From Amoebidium appalachense (lineage: Eukaryota > Protista > Ichthyosporea): a stretch of DNA of 64,000 nucleotides. Positions 1 through 10,888 of this stretch are shown piece by piece. The notes under the pieces were generated by a model. It made no database searches. It had not been told where the DNA came from and saw nothing but the letters and a program-made list of their open reading frames with translations. Each line of letters starts with the position of its first letter. The stretch's first letter is position 1. The stretch is taken from positions 5,572,543 to 5,636,542 of the forward strand of contig CAVNZM010000016.1 of NCBI GenBank assembly GCA_963693365.1, written 5' to 3'. Position numbers and translations under genes: made by a program.

Positions 1-106
1 TGTTTGAGAGGTTCGATAAGTAAACAAAGCTACTAGTCCTCTATCAAGAACTCGTTATATTGGCAAACTAAGCAAATGCAAAATACAGAGATGTCTCGTA
101 ATTGAG

Positions 107-259
107 GTATTCGGGCAGGGCACGAGGCTATCTATAGAAATACTAGGAAAGCAAGCACAAGCAGAGCAAAAGATTTGCTTGGTCACACCAAAAAAGGATT
201 GCAAGACAACCAAGCAGGTATTCGGGCAGGGCAACGAAGCTATCTATAAAAATACTAGA
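107..259. repeat. Intronic direct duplication (~41 bp x2)
   Basis: ggtattcgggcagggca(a)cga(g/a)gctatctata(g/a)aaatactag at about 107-147 and 217-258. Confidence 0.8.
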
Positions 260-271
260 AGAGTTACTAAC

Positions 272-764
272 CTGCATCAGGTAGATGAGCCACTTGGGGG
301 TCTTCTTCTCCACAAGCTCGTTCCTACCCCATTGGTGGATGAGAGCATCGGCCTCTGCAATAACCAAGAAAGGTCAGAAAAAAAACTTGTGGAACAGACT
401 AACCAACGTGACAGGCTCGACGTGCAACGGACCTGAAACCACTCCAAGTTCCCCTCACGAAGACGCCACTTCTGCATACATAAAGCTCATAAAGAAAGGC
501 AGCACCATCAGGTTACCATAAGACTAACGAGGCTTCCTTTAGCATAAACGAGCTGCAACTCTTTCCAGCAGGCACTGGGATGAGCATGGGAAGGCAGGAC
601 AGGCACTCGAAGGACGTACCAGATGAGGTGAGACCCTTGGAGGGGACCCAGTCGGCGGCGGCCTTCTTGGCATCATCGCCGTGCTCATCGTTCATAGCGA
701 CGAGCTCAACAGCTCCCTCTTTCTCTTTGCCTGCCATTTTGCCCTTCTCGCCAGGTGCGTCCAT
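272..764 (-). CDS. P-type plasma-membrane H+-ATPase (type IIIA, PMA-like), 5' part; gene continues off the left edge of the window
   Basis: Exon 1 764..620 (donor G|gtacgt) and exon 2 354..272 (acceptor ttgcag, donor CAG|gttagt) splice in frame to MDAPGEKGKMAGKEKE...DWVPSKGLTSSEADALIHQWGRNELVEKKTPKWLIYLMQ. This matches the cation-ATPase N-terminal motif GLTxxEA...GxNEL.EKK..W of PMA-type pumps. The start could instead be the second Met (737). Confidence 0.8.
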
Positions 765-3415
765 CGGCTAGCGATTCACCGAAGATGCGGAACGCGTGGA
801 CGTCAGGATGCGGTTGGAAATCGTGCCCGACACTTTTTATACTAAGCCGCAGGGCACACTTTTGGTAACAGAGCCGTGTGATTGTTAACTAATCGGAATT
901 GAACATGAGCATCTACCAATTGTATTTGTCGGAATTTCATTGTTTGTGGTGCATAGGACGTCGATAAAGAAAACAGATTTTGTAATCTATATATTTAAGG
1001 TAGATAAAGATTTTTAATTCATTAAACCTTTTTTGGTTTTAAATGTGATGTCAGTAATTGCTTTACGTAGACTTTCAAATCAAATTCTGCTTGTGTGCCA
1101 GCCCACGCCACACAGTGTGTGAGCATTCAAGATTCCATTTTGCCAGCCCTCAAGTGGTGAGACCGCCATGTGCGCCGGTGGGGAAGAGCATGAGCACAGC
1201 AGCATTGCTACAATGTAGAGAAACTTTTTGAGAAATAAGTAGAAAAAATATTTTCTGTTTTTATTATTCGCTCTATTTATTTATAAAAATGAAGAATTCT
1301 GCTCGGCTATTTGGTGCCGCCGATGGATTGTGCCTTGTGCTAGCTAGCCCTTTGATTCGCTCTTGGTCACGAACTCTTGATGCCAGAATAAAAACTCATT
1401 TCCGACTGGATAGAATGCAGATTGGACTAACGCCAGCTTTCAGGCCAGTGACGACCTTGGCCATGACTTTGACCGAATCAATCACTTTCATGTCCACGGT
1501 GGCTGTTTCATGTTTGTGGTGTCCATTTCCATTGGCTAACTATCAGCAGCCAGATTCTGCGTGTAACGGCCGCCCCCGCGCACTCGGCCCAATGCCATGT
1601 GCAGGCACCGACATCTGCACATCGGTTCCAAGAACTACTGGCTACCCTCCACGATTCGTATATGCGCCCTTTAGCATAAATTTTGCCTACCGTAAGTTTC
1701 TCATAAATAAGAATAACTGTATTTTTATATGGTGACAGTTTCAGACGTTACTTCGGGGTTCAATACTCATCGACTTGGCCGGTATGTACACTACATGTAC
1801 ATGATTTCCGGTGTTGGCTCCTTATGATCGCGAAAGCCTTGATATCGGTGGGGTTTCAGTACGCTGTTTACTCAAGGCAAAGAGAGACCAGTCTCAGGTA
1901 TGGGGGGTTTTGCTCGGAATATCCCCTCAGCGGTATATCATGATCACGCGGGGCCCGTTGTCACGGAGCGAGCTTGATAATAAATAGGTGTATTATAGCC
2001 TACGTGAGTTGTAGTAATTATAACGGGCAGTATGCAATAATAACCTTGAAATTTTTTTCTCTTGACTTGGATTTATTGATCAGTGGTCCAGTGGATATGA
2101 AGGCAACGTGCAGCCACAGGCTACATGACCTTGAAATTCTGGTGATACACAATCCAGTCAAAAGAAAAAACATTGTCTTCTCAGTATGCCGTGCATACTT
2201 GTCATATCTTTCTGTCGAATAAATCCAGTCAAAGGTTTCAAACAGTATTTGCCGAGACATACGCAGCGACAAATATTTTGCTAATATGTGTACATACGTA
2301 TACGTGTACGTTACGAAAATCTATCTATAGCATCCTCGCCTTTTTTTTTATCTTTTCCGATTTAATCTTGTGCCTCCGGATCTGTCCATTTCAAAGTAAA
2401 GCCGACAATAGAAAAAGGTTCTATAGTTCATAATTCAGCCCTTTTTACTATATTAATTGATTGCTTCATTCACAACAGTAGTGTGCATGGGGTCGCTATA
2501 TTGCATACAGCTGAAAACTGCCGCATCAAACCTCAAGTATTTTCAGCAACAATTTATCGTTCCCAAGTCTGATATATTCTGGGCATCTGTTTATATTTAA
2601 GTCACATATCTCTATATTTTTTAGGGGAATAGTTCAGGCATCCGCCATTTCACTTGCATTCGTTGGATCTAGCAACGTATTTCCACCGTGGTTTCTAATT
2701 AAACGGAAAAGGATCTTGTGGTGATAGTTGACAGCACCTTGCATGTGTTGCCCCAAACTTGATATGCGCGCTAGAATTTCGTGTCTATTGGCCCTGTGCT
2801 CACGATGAGTCTGTTTTGCCCCCCCTCCGGCAATTTGCGCCCACTGGGCCAGATCCTTAAGTACATGCGCTCTGATTGGTTGACGGGTAGTTGTGGCGGC
2901 CACTCATAATCAATAGCAGTCGGTAAGATCTCTGCGATTGATTGGCTACACGTGTGCATAATTCACTGTTTTGCTTTTTGTTTGGCCATGGAATACTGAT
3001 CAGTGACTCACAAGTCTCACATGTGATTGTACAGACAACGCCACAAAAAGTTGTGTTTACATACTTGTAGCAGGCTTCTATGCCTGCGAACTCTTCCGAC
3101 CCCGCTGCTTCTACACCTACACAAGTGCTTTTATTAGAACGCCCACCTCACCGGCTTCAAACAGTGGTCATATTCTGCTGTTCTTTCTATTCTGGCGGTA
3201 AGATCTTTAGATTTCTGCTTTTGTTGTTGAGAGAGGATCCTCGTAAGTCACAACGTGATGTGTTTTGGTAACAAAGTATACGACTACAGTAGATACCTGA
3301 CACAAATGATTCTAACATGCACCAGCGCTCTTTCGATTCGTGCCGAGTACTCTGTAGTTTGTGCTCCCTCCTTTACTTATGCCTGAGTGGTTGCCAGGCA
3401 CGCAACACCCATACG

Positions 3416-3482
3416 TTATCATTTCACGTCACCTTACCCTGAGATGCACATTATCATTTACACGTCACCTTACCCTGAGATA
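3416..3482. repeat. Tandem duplication (~31 bp x2)
   Basis: ttatcattt(a)cacgtcaccttaccctgagat occurs twice. Confidence 0.85.
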
Positions 3483-4166
3483 CAACCTGCAGATGCGTTT
3501 TACACACACACGGACTTTTGCACCTAAGTGAGTTTGATGTTGTGATGGACATTGAGTTGGCACCAATACAGGTACAGCTTGCCAAGACATTTCCATGTGG
3601 TATAGGTGTGCCCCGTCGTTAGACAACGGTGGCTTCGTTTATAGAACTGGATAATGGAGAGGCTGGGAGAGGGGGTGTTGTGTCGGGCTTTTTGTGTCTT
3701 TTATGCCTTCCGTGGGGGAAAAGCAGCCGGGGATGAGTATAGCTGCACATGCGTGTGTCTACTCCCCGCAATCGTTCCTTCTTACCTTAGGTAAGTGTTC
3801 ATTGTTTTCTACCGCTTGCCTTGACGGGCCTTGCCCTCATCCCGTTCCCATCCCCTCCTGCTTGCACCTCTCCTCCCTCCCCCCTCCCTCCCCTTCCCCC
3901 TCCTCCCCTCCCCCCTTTCCCCCGGAAACCCAAACTCAAGGGACGGACACTGAGTTCTGTTTTTTTGGGGTGTTAGTGAGTTCATTGCGATCTGTGTATT
4001 TTGCTCCTTTTTCAGAATATGGGCCCTGGACACCCTGCTTATGCTTCGTTGCACGGTATGTTCTCGGCACGTGCCATTCCATACACCTTACTCTAATTTC
4101 CAGTCTCTATGTGTACTTCGTACTGAGTTCTTTCGAATATTCCCTCCTCCTGCTCCCCCCCCCCAT

Positions 4167-4560
4167 CTTTACTTCCATGCAACCGGGCATGGTTGCTCTG
4201 TGTCGTGCATCTGTAAGCACACGCGTTTGTCGCTGCACTGCATTAGTTTGCACACACATCTTCACCGTTTTGCTCACCTTGCTTGCATAAGCAACCCTGC
4301 TCGTCTTTGATCAAGACGGGTTGACCCACCCAAGTTCAGTTGATGCTGCTGTCTGAGTTGGAGCGTCGTATATACGCGGGCTAAGGGGTCGAAACTCAGA
4401 CGCAATTGATGACTTGGGCCCTCCCTGAGGATGGGCTCTGCTTATGACGCATACTGTGCGCATGGCTGATGCTGCATAGTTGAATGTTTGCCTTTGCATG
4501 TGTCCTGCACCATGCTTCTCATCGTGTATGCGTACTTCGTACTGTGTTCCGCATTCAAAC
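4167..4560 (+). mobile_element. Dispersed structured repeat, subfamily A, copy 1 (SINE-like; ends at poly(C))
   Basis: Near-identical to 6843..7237. Contains the core gcataagcaaccctgctcgtc...gtcgaaactc...ctgaggatgggctctgcttat. The 3' end gcattcaaac is followed by a C-run. Confidence 0.7.
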
Positions 4561-4564
4561 CCCC

Positions 4565-4595
<31 letters not shown>

Positions 4596-4971
4596 CTTTC
4601 CCCCTTCCTCCTTTGACCCTGCGCTCTCGGGTTGGGGATGGGCTCTACTTATGACGCTTACAGGTTTTGATTGGAAAAACTAGATTCTGCACTGTGTTGT
4701 CGTTTGTGTTGTCCGTGGTGAGTGTGTTCTTGGTACTCTGAAACATATTCTGGCCTCCCCCCCCCCCCCCCCCCCCCCCCCAAACACGGGTGCACACCTC
4801 CTCTTCCAATACCCCGATCCTGGTGCACAGACTGATGTGTCGAACTTTCGTCTTTATACATTGCTTTGAACTGCTTTTCGAACCAAGCCCCCCCCCCCCC
4901 CCCCCCCCCCCCTTTCCTCCGCCACCTTCTTCTTTTCCAGTAGAACGCCCCATACCTATTGTCCATCTGTT

Positions 4972-5130
4972 CGGATGTGTATTATTTTTGTGCACCCGCC
5001 TTACGCACGACGTCAACAGTTTTGATTTGTCAGTTTTGAGTTTGTCTTTTGGATGTGTATTATTTTTGTGTACCCGCCTTATGCATGACGTCAACAGTTT
5101 TGATTTGTCAGTTTTGAGTTTGTCTTTTGT
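4972..5130. repeat. Tandem duplication (~78 bp x2)
   Basis: ggatgtgtattatttttgtg(c/t)acccgcctta(c/t)gca(c/t)gacgtcaacagttttgatttgtcagttttgagtttgtcttttg occurs twice. Confidence 0.9.
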
Positions 5131-5538
5131 ACCACTCTTTGCCCCGACTCCCACCCTACTCCATGGTCCCCCCCCGCTCCTTTTCCCAAACAATTCCCCC
5201 GCCGTTCTTCTTTCTCAGCCGGCTAGGTTTTTGGGTTGCCTGGTAAGTTTTGAAATGGAGCTCTCGTCTCTGATCTGTCCACCACAGGGTTTTTTTTATT
5301 TAAAAAAAAAAAAAAAAAAAATTCTTCTCCTCTCTCTCCCCCCCCCCCCCCCCCCCCGGCCAAACCCTGTATACACTCTTCTCATCAGCAGGCCTCTAAC
5401 CCACTCTGCAGAACGTTTTACGCATTTCTCCCCTTGGAGAACTTGGTCGTTGGTGCGTTTTTGTCTGATATCTAACGACTCTGCAGGGTCCCCTGAGACT
5501 ACTGACACTCTAACGTTCCCTCCCCTCTCTTACTTCAC

Positions 5539-5569
<31 letters not shown>

Positions 5570-5678
5570 TTCCCTTCCTTTCCTCCTTCCCCTCCCATTT
5601 TCTCTGCACACTCAACAGGTCTTAACCAGCTCTGCACATCGTTAGTCACAATCTTCTCTCATATATGAGACCCCCCTC

Positions 5679-5749
<71 letters not shown>

Positions 5750-5752
<3 letters not shown>

Positions 5753-5938
5753 GCGCCTGTTGTTTTGCTTGTCATTTGTTGTTCTGGTTGATTACCTGTA
5801 ATCTTCGCTTATTTATGTGTGTGTGTGTGTGTGTATGTATGTTGTGCCTTTTTTTTTTTTTTTTTTTTTTTGTTGGCGCCTGTTGTTTTGCTTGTCATTT
5901 GTTGTTCTGGTTGATTACCTGTAATCTTCGCTTATTTA

Positions 5939-5965
<27 letters not shown>
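5750..5965. repeat. Tandem duplication (~123 bp period)
   Basis: tggcgcctgttgttttgcttgtcatttgttgttctggttgattacctgtaatcttcgcttatttatgtgtg... occurs twice, each copy preceded by poly(T). Confidence 0.9.
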
Positions 5966-5969
<4 letters not shown>

Positions 5970-6447
5970 TGTGCGGGGTTGCACACACCGGTGTCTACTT
6001 ATCTTCCTACTGTTTTTCTCTCCACACACTTCATCTGTCCACTTCTGCATACCCCCTTTTATAGCTATAGACACACTTCACACATTGCGTTACGCACACG
6101 CATGCACACACCGCTCTGTTGGCGACAGCTCCCTTGGAACCCATGCGGCATGTTACCCGCCGGCGTAACATAACTCGGACTATCGATTTGGCTTTTTTCA
6201 AGCCCAAAGCAATGGGTGATACCATATTTCCGGCTGACATTCGGGGGCATAGCTTTCCGTTCGAAGACGTTAAAGTTCCGCCCTAGTAAGCGTGTTACTA
6301 CCCTGCGGCGTGGGTCAAATCTCATATTTTTCCCTCTGATTGTGAATTCTGCGGCCTTCGGGACTTAATTCTTTTCAGCTGGTGTAGTATGTTAGCCAGG
6401 GAAGTATCGACTTAGGTAGCGACGGGGGAGCTTCCTAGAAGCCCCGT

Positions 6448-6770
6448 CTCCTGAGTTCCTATCAATATTTTCCTTGCTTCTGCTTACTGCTGCAACTTTA
6501 CCCCCCGGCCTTTCCCACTGCCCTTGCCTGCATAAGCAACCCTGCTCGTCTCTGATCAAGACGGGTGACCTACCCATGTTCAAGTGAAACAGTATCGGAG
6601 TTGGGTTCGTTAACGAGGTGAATAGGTCGAAACTCGGGTACTGTGGATGACGTGGCCCCCCCCTGAGGATGGGCTCTGCTTATTATGCATACTCTTTATG
6701 TATGGCTTGCATTCTGCATCGTGTTATCCGTTTGTTCTTGTGTACTTCGTACTTTTTGACGCATTCAAAC
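6448..6770 (+). mobile_element. Dispersed structured repeat, subfamily B, full copy (SINE-like; ends at poly(C))
   Basis: Nearly identical over ~320 bp to 53008..53325 and 53714..54028, which lie 47 kb away. The 3' end gacgcattcaaac is followed by a C-run. Confidence 0.75.
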
Positions 6771-6842
6771 CCCCCCCCCCCCCCCCCCCCCCAGTCTTCT
6801 TTCAGAGGTGTCCTTTCAGGACAGACCACTGTGTGGAGACCG

Positions 6843-7237
6843 CTTTACTTCCATGCAACCGGGCATGGTTGCTCTGTGTCGTGCATCTGTAAGCACATAC
6901 GCATTTTTCGCTGCACTGCATTAGTTTGCACACACATCTTCACCGTTTTGCTCACCTTGCTTGCATAAGCAACCCTGCTCGTCTTTGATCAAGACGGGTT
7001 GACCCGCCCAAGTTCAGTTGATGCTGCTGTCTGAGTTGGAGCGTCGTATATATGCGGGCTAATGGGTCGAAACTCAGATGCAATTGATGACTTGGGTCCT
7101 GCCTGAGGATGGGCTCTGCTTATGACGCATACTATACACATGGCTGATATTGCATACTTGAATGTTTGCCTTTGCATGTGTCCTGCACCATGCTTCTCGT
7201 CGTGTATGCGTACTTCGTACCGTGTTCCGCTTTCAAC
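6843..7237 (+). mobile_element. Dispersed structured repeat, subfamily A, copy 2
   Basis: Near-identical to 4167..4560, and followed by the same C-run and (CA)n arrangement. Confidence 0.7.
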
Positions 7238-8366
7238 CCCCCCCCCCCCCCCCCCCCCCCCCTAAACACACACACACACACACACACAGTCGGCTTTGGT
7301 CATACACCACCCCCTTTCCTTGCCCAATTGCATGTCTTTATGACTCCTTAACCATATGCTGTAGCTGTCCTGGCTTTATTTCTTTCAACTGGTTGATTTT
7401 GTTTTGTGTTTCATTATTGTTCGTAAGAAAGGGGTTTTGGGGGGGGGGGGGGGGTTGGAGTGGTTGTGTCTCTTGCCTGAGCTCTCGGCAGCATAAGTTC
7501 ATAGGCTTGCCATTGATTCTCCGTGGATTAGCTTGATATAGCGGGGAGGTTGGAATATTATTTGTCTTTGACGCAAGCATTCAGTTTTTTCTGATATTAG
7601 TTTTTCTTTTTTTTTTTTTTTGTTTTTTTGTTTTTTGTTTTTTGGTACCTGCTGGCAGTTTTCAACAAGTCAGCAAAATCACTTTTTACATTTGATGATT
7701 GAGCTCGAGTACACGTGTACTTGCGGCCGATGTTTAATAAAATGGAATGATTGGGTACATATCATGCATCTCTTTTGTTCATCTCTGCCACGGGAGTGGT
7801 TGGTAGGCAGTTGAGGAGGGGGGGGGGGGGGGTTCAATTACAACTTAGCACACAAGCAGAAGCTTGACGCGTGTGCGTGTGTACACCTACACATTACGAG
7901 CACACAAAAACACAAGTGCACACGTGCACACGTGCACACGTGCGCGCGCGCGCACGCGCCAATGGCATTCACACACTGATACCATACCGGGGTTCCGGAA
8001 GACACTCACAAATTTCTGATTTGCCCGCGCCTACACACACGCACATACACTGTAGTGTGGCACATTTACATAACACGTTAAAGAATGGACAGACACCTTC
8101 TGAAGCACGCTGCTGCTTTTTTTTTTTTTAAAGGAGTGTGTGTGTTGGTGGGGGGAGGGGGGGGGGGGGGGGGGGGCATCTGGGTTTGAGTGTGCCAAGA
8201 GCTCGAGTAACTCCATGACCGGCACTACTGAAAAGTAAAAATAATCTTCACGACCGGTGATAAAAGTTAAATAAAAAAGAGTGTATTTTTTTTTTCCAAA
8301 GGGAGCGGCACGAGACCCCCCCACCTCCCCCAACAACAACAACAAAAAAACAACCACCACCATCAC

Positions 8367-8398
<32 letters not shown>

Positions 8399-8432
8399 TG
8401 GCGCACACACCTATTATTTGTTGTGTTTCCTC

Positions 8433-8666
8433 GCATAAGATAAGCAACCCTGCTCATCTCTGATTATGTTCAAGTGAACTAGTACCGGCATTGGCTTGCA
8501 CACGCGCATGCGAGGTGAAAAAAATAATTCGCACGCGATTGCACCGATTTGACAGATATAGATATTTGGGCGGGAACTTTTTGCGCACACCAAAAAAAAA
8601 AGTTTTTATAAACAACAAAAGATGTAGCAATAATAGGTCGTAGCTCAGGTACTGTGAATGACTTCC

Positions 8667-8701
<35 letters not shown>

Positions 8702-8830
8702 CTCCTCAATAATAAGCGAAACCCTCCCCTTGAGGATAGACTCTGCTTATGAACATCCTTTATGTGGTTTGCACTCATTATCTGCATTGCCTTGTCGGGT
8801 AATATGCAAGTGTACCGTTCTTGTGTTCCA
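8433..8830 (+). mobile_element. Degenerate, interrupted copy of the structured repeat
   Basis: ataagcaaccctgctcatctctgat...tgttcaagtgaa, then ~150 bp of unrelated sequence, then aataggtcgtagctcaggtactgtgaatgac, and later tgaggatagactctgcttat. Confidence 0.55.
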
Positions 8831-8987
8831 TTATTATGAATTCTCGCCCCTTCCCCTCCCCCGAGCTCCCCCCGGCCCCGTTCCCCTGCGCTGCCCGCTC
8901 CCCTGGCCAGAAAGGTCTATACGACGGATCCCCTTGGTATGGGCCCAGGAAATTGCTGTGACAAAATCACCACTTTTTAAACATATA

Positions 8988-10008
8988 GGGCCTGTTTGGC
9001 AGCACCCCAATAATCGTATTCGTATTTAGGCCCTAAATACGATCTATCGTATTTACAAAATTTATCGTGGTATGCGTATTTAGGGCCTAAATACGGTTGG
9101 TGCCTTCCAAACGCTGTCAGGCGTGACTGGTCACATAAAATGTCGATACATGGTTCACGAGATCTGATTGGCCCTATTCGCACCCATTGATCATCCTTCG
9201 GCATTCCATGCATTTAGACTGGTGCAGCTGTAGTCAGTATTACAGCGAACGGCAAAAACGAGTCACCGACAGGAGTCTTGCTCTGTTTAACAATAGGTTA
9301 GAATGTCTGTTATTGAAGGGATACTGCCAGTTATTGCGGTGGCTAGCCTTGCTAGAGACCTCGTTTTACGTCACCAACGTTCGTCCCTGGCATTCCCCAC
9401 ATATCTGAACACATAATGAGTGTTAAAATTTGTCCTTGTCTATGCAATACTCGTTGTGCCTGCATGTCACCGAGTTTGTACATGTACATTTGATTGTTTT
9501 TAATAATGCATATATCGGAGTCCAGTATTGTTTCAATGATTATTATGGCATATATATACAGTCTGAGCTTGTTATCATGCACCGTTTAGGGTTCCTCGTC
9601 CTCTGTCTTACCTGTGCAGCCCAAATTCATGTGCCAATTTTAACTGAGCATGTACACAAAATGACGTGTATGACACCGACGTTCTTTTAACATTGAATTG
9701 TTCACGTGCATGCGCCGGCATGCGTACTGTAGTAAAAATGTGCCCGCCGCGGCTTACGCTGTACCATTGGCTAGCTGATAGCCAATAAATGATGCGAAAT
9801 GCTCTGATTGGCTAATTTCCTATATCGTATTTACGAAAATCACCTCCGGAGGTGATTTTCGTAAATACGATATAAAAGCGATCCCTATCGTATTTACAAA
9901 AAATAAAAGCCCGCGGCGTGTTTGGCATGCCACGGGATCGTATACGTATTTAGGCCCTAAATACGAATACGATAAAAACCCGTATTTAGCGCGCTACCAA
10001 ACAGGCCC
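8988..10008. mobile_element. Non-autonomous PIF/Harbinger (Tourist-like) MITE, 1021 bp
   Basis: TIRs gggcctgtttggcagcac and gcgctaccaaacaggccc (16/18 match). 3-bp flanking direct repeat ATA (8985-8987 and 10009-10011). Repeated subterminal palindromes cgtatttagg(c/g)cctaaatacg. No transposase ORF. Confidence 0.8.
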
Positions 10009-10848
10009 ATAGTATTTCATATATCAAACTAGTTTACATGATGAATACGAGTCCGGTACCGGTCCCCCGACGTCACATTGTCATTATAGCTATGTGTCCG
10101 TGCTGAGAGGGATTTTTGAATTTAAAAAGGGGGGGGGGGGGGAGGGGGGGAGTAGTAAATATCGACGTCCTCCCTGCTGGTACCCCCTCCCCCCCCGGAG
10201 GGGGGGAGGGACCCACCCCCTGGAGCAACCGCTCCAGAGGGTGGGTGGGTCCTCCCCCCCCCCTCCCCCCCCTTCCCCCCCCCAAGATAGCCGCAGGGGG
10301 TGGGTGGGTCCCCCCCCCCCCCCCCCCCCCGAAGGGGGGAGGGACACACCTGCCCGAGTGGGATGGTGGGTCCCCCCTCCCCCCCCCCCCCTCCCCCCTG
10401 CATGTGCGTGACCATCGTCTTAAAGAGTCCCTGAAGTTTTCACCTACCAAAGACGGTATTCTTTTTGGCCACTGATGCATATCCCCCTCCTCTTTCCCCT
10501 CCCCCCCCCTCCCCCCCCCCCTCCCCCCCCCCCCCCCCCCCCCCCCCAACACACGCACACACATGCGCGCGCGCGCAACCATACATGCACACACACACGC
10601 GCGCGCACGCACGGCCGTACACGCACACACACACCCACACCCACCCACCCACCCACACACACACAGTGTCACACACACACACAAACACACACATACACGC
10701 GCGCGCGCGCGGACACACACACAGATACACGCGCGCGCCCACGCGCGCGCGCATACACGCACACACACACACACACACACGTGCGCGGGTGCCCGTACAC
10801 GCACACGGACACACACACAGGCACACACACACACACACACACACAGTG

Positions 10849-10888
<40 letters not shown>

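Noticed and set aside
1289-1735. 148-aa ORF upstream of the H+-ATPase
   Set aside because: No recognisable motif or splice support; it lies in promoter-like, CCAAT-containing DNA.
2623-3103. Possible MITE with degenerate TIRs (ggggaatagttcaggcat / atgcctgcgaactcttccgacccc)
   Set aside because: The match needs several gaps and no TSD is visible.
4405-4430. Box C/D snoRNA or SECIS element (TGATGA...CTGA)
   Set aside because: The boxes are only ~12 nt apart, with no guide region or SECIS geometry, and box C is not conserved in subfamily B.
6154-6429. Possible degenerate TIR element (cccgccggcgtaacataactcg / cgacttaggtagcgacggggg)
   Set aside because: Similarity is too weak to support without other copies.
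6560-6645. 7SL/SRP RNA or 5S rRNA derivation (ggtgacct-ccc, gaggtgaa..aggtcgaaactc, ctcgtc..tgatc resemblances)
   Set aside because: Only short word matches. SRP helix 8, the Alu domain and the 5S internal control region are not recognisable.
6620-6675. Hammerhead ribozyme (GAAAC-tcgg-GTA and CTGAGGA boxes) in the repeat core
   Set aside because: The order and flanking stems do not assemble into a type I, II or III hammerhead. The GAAAC segment is better explained by the long pseudoknot helix.
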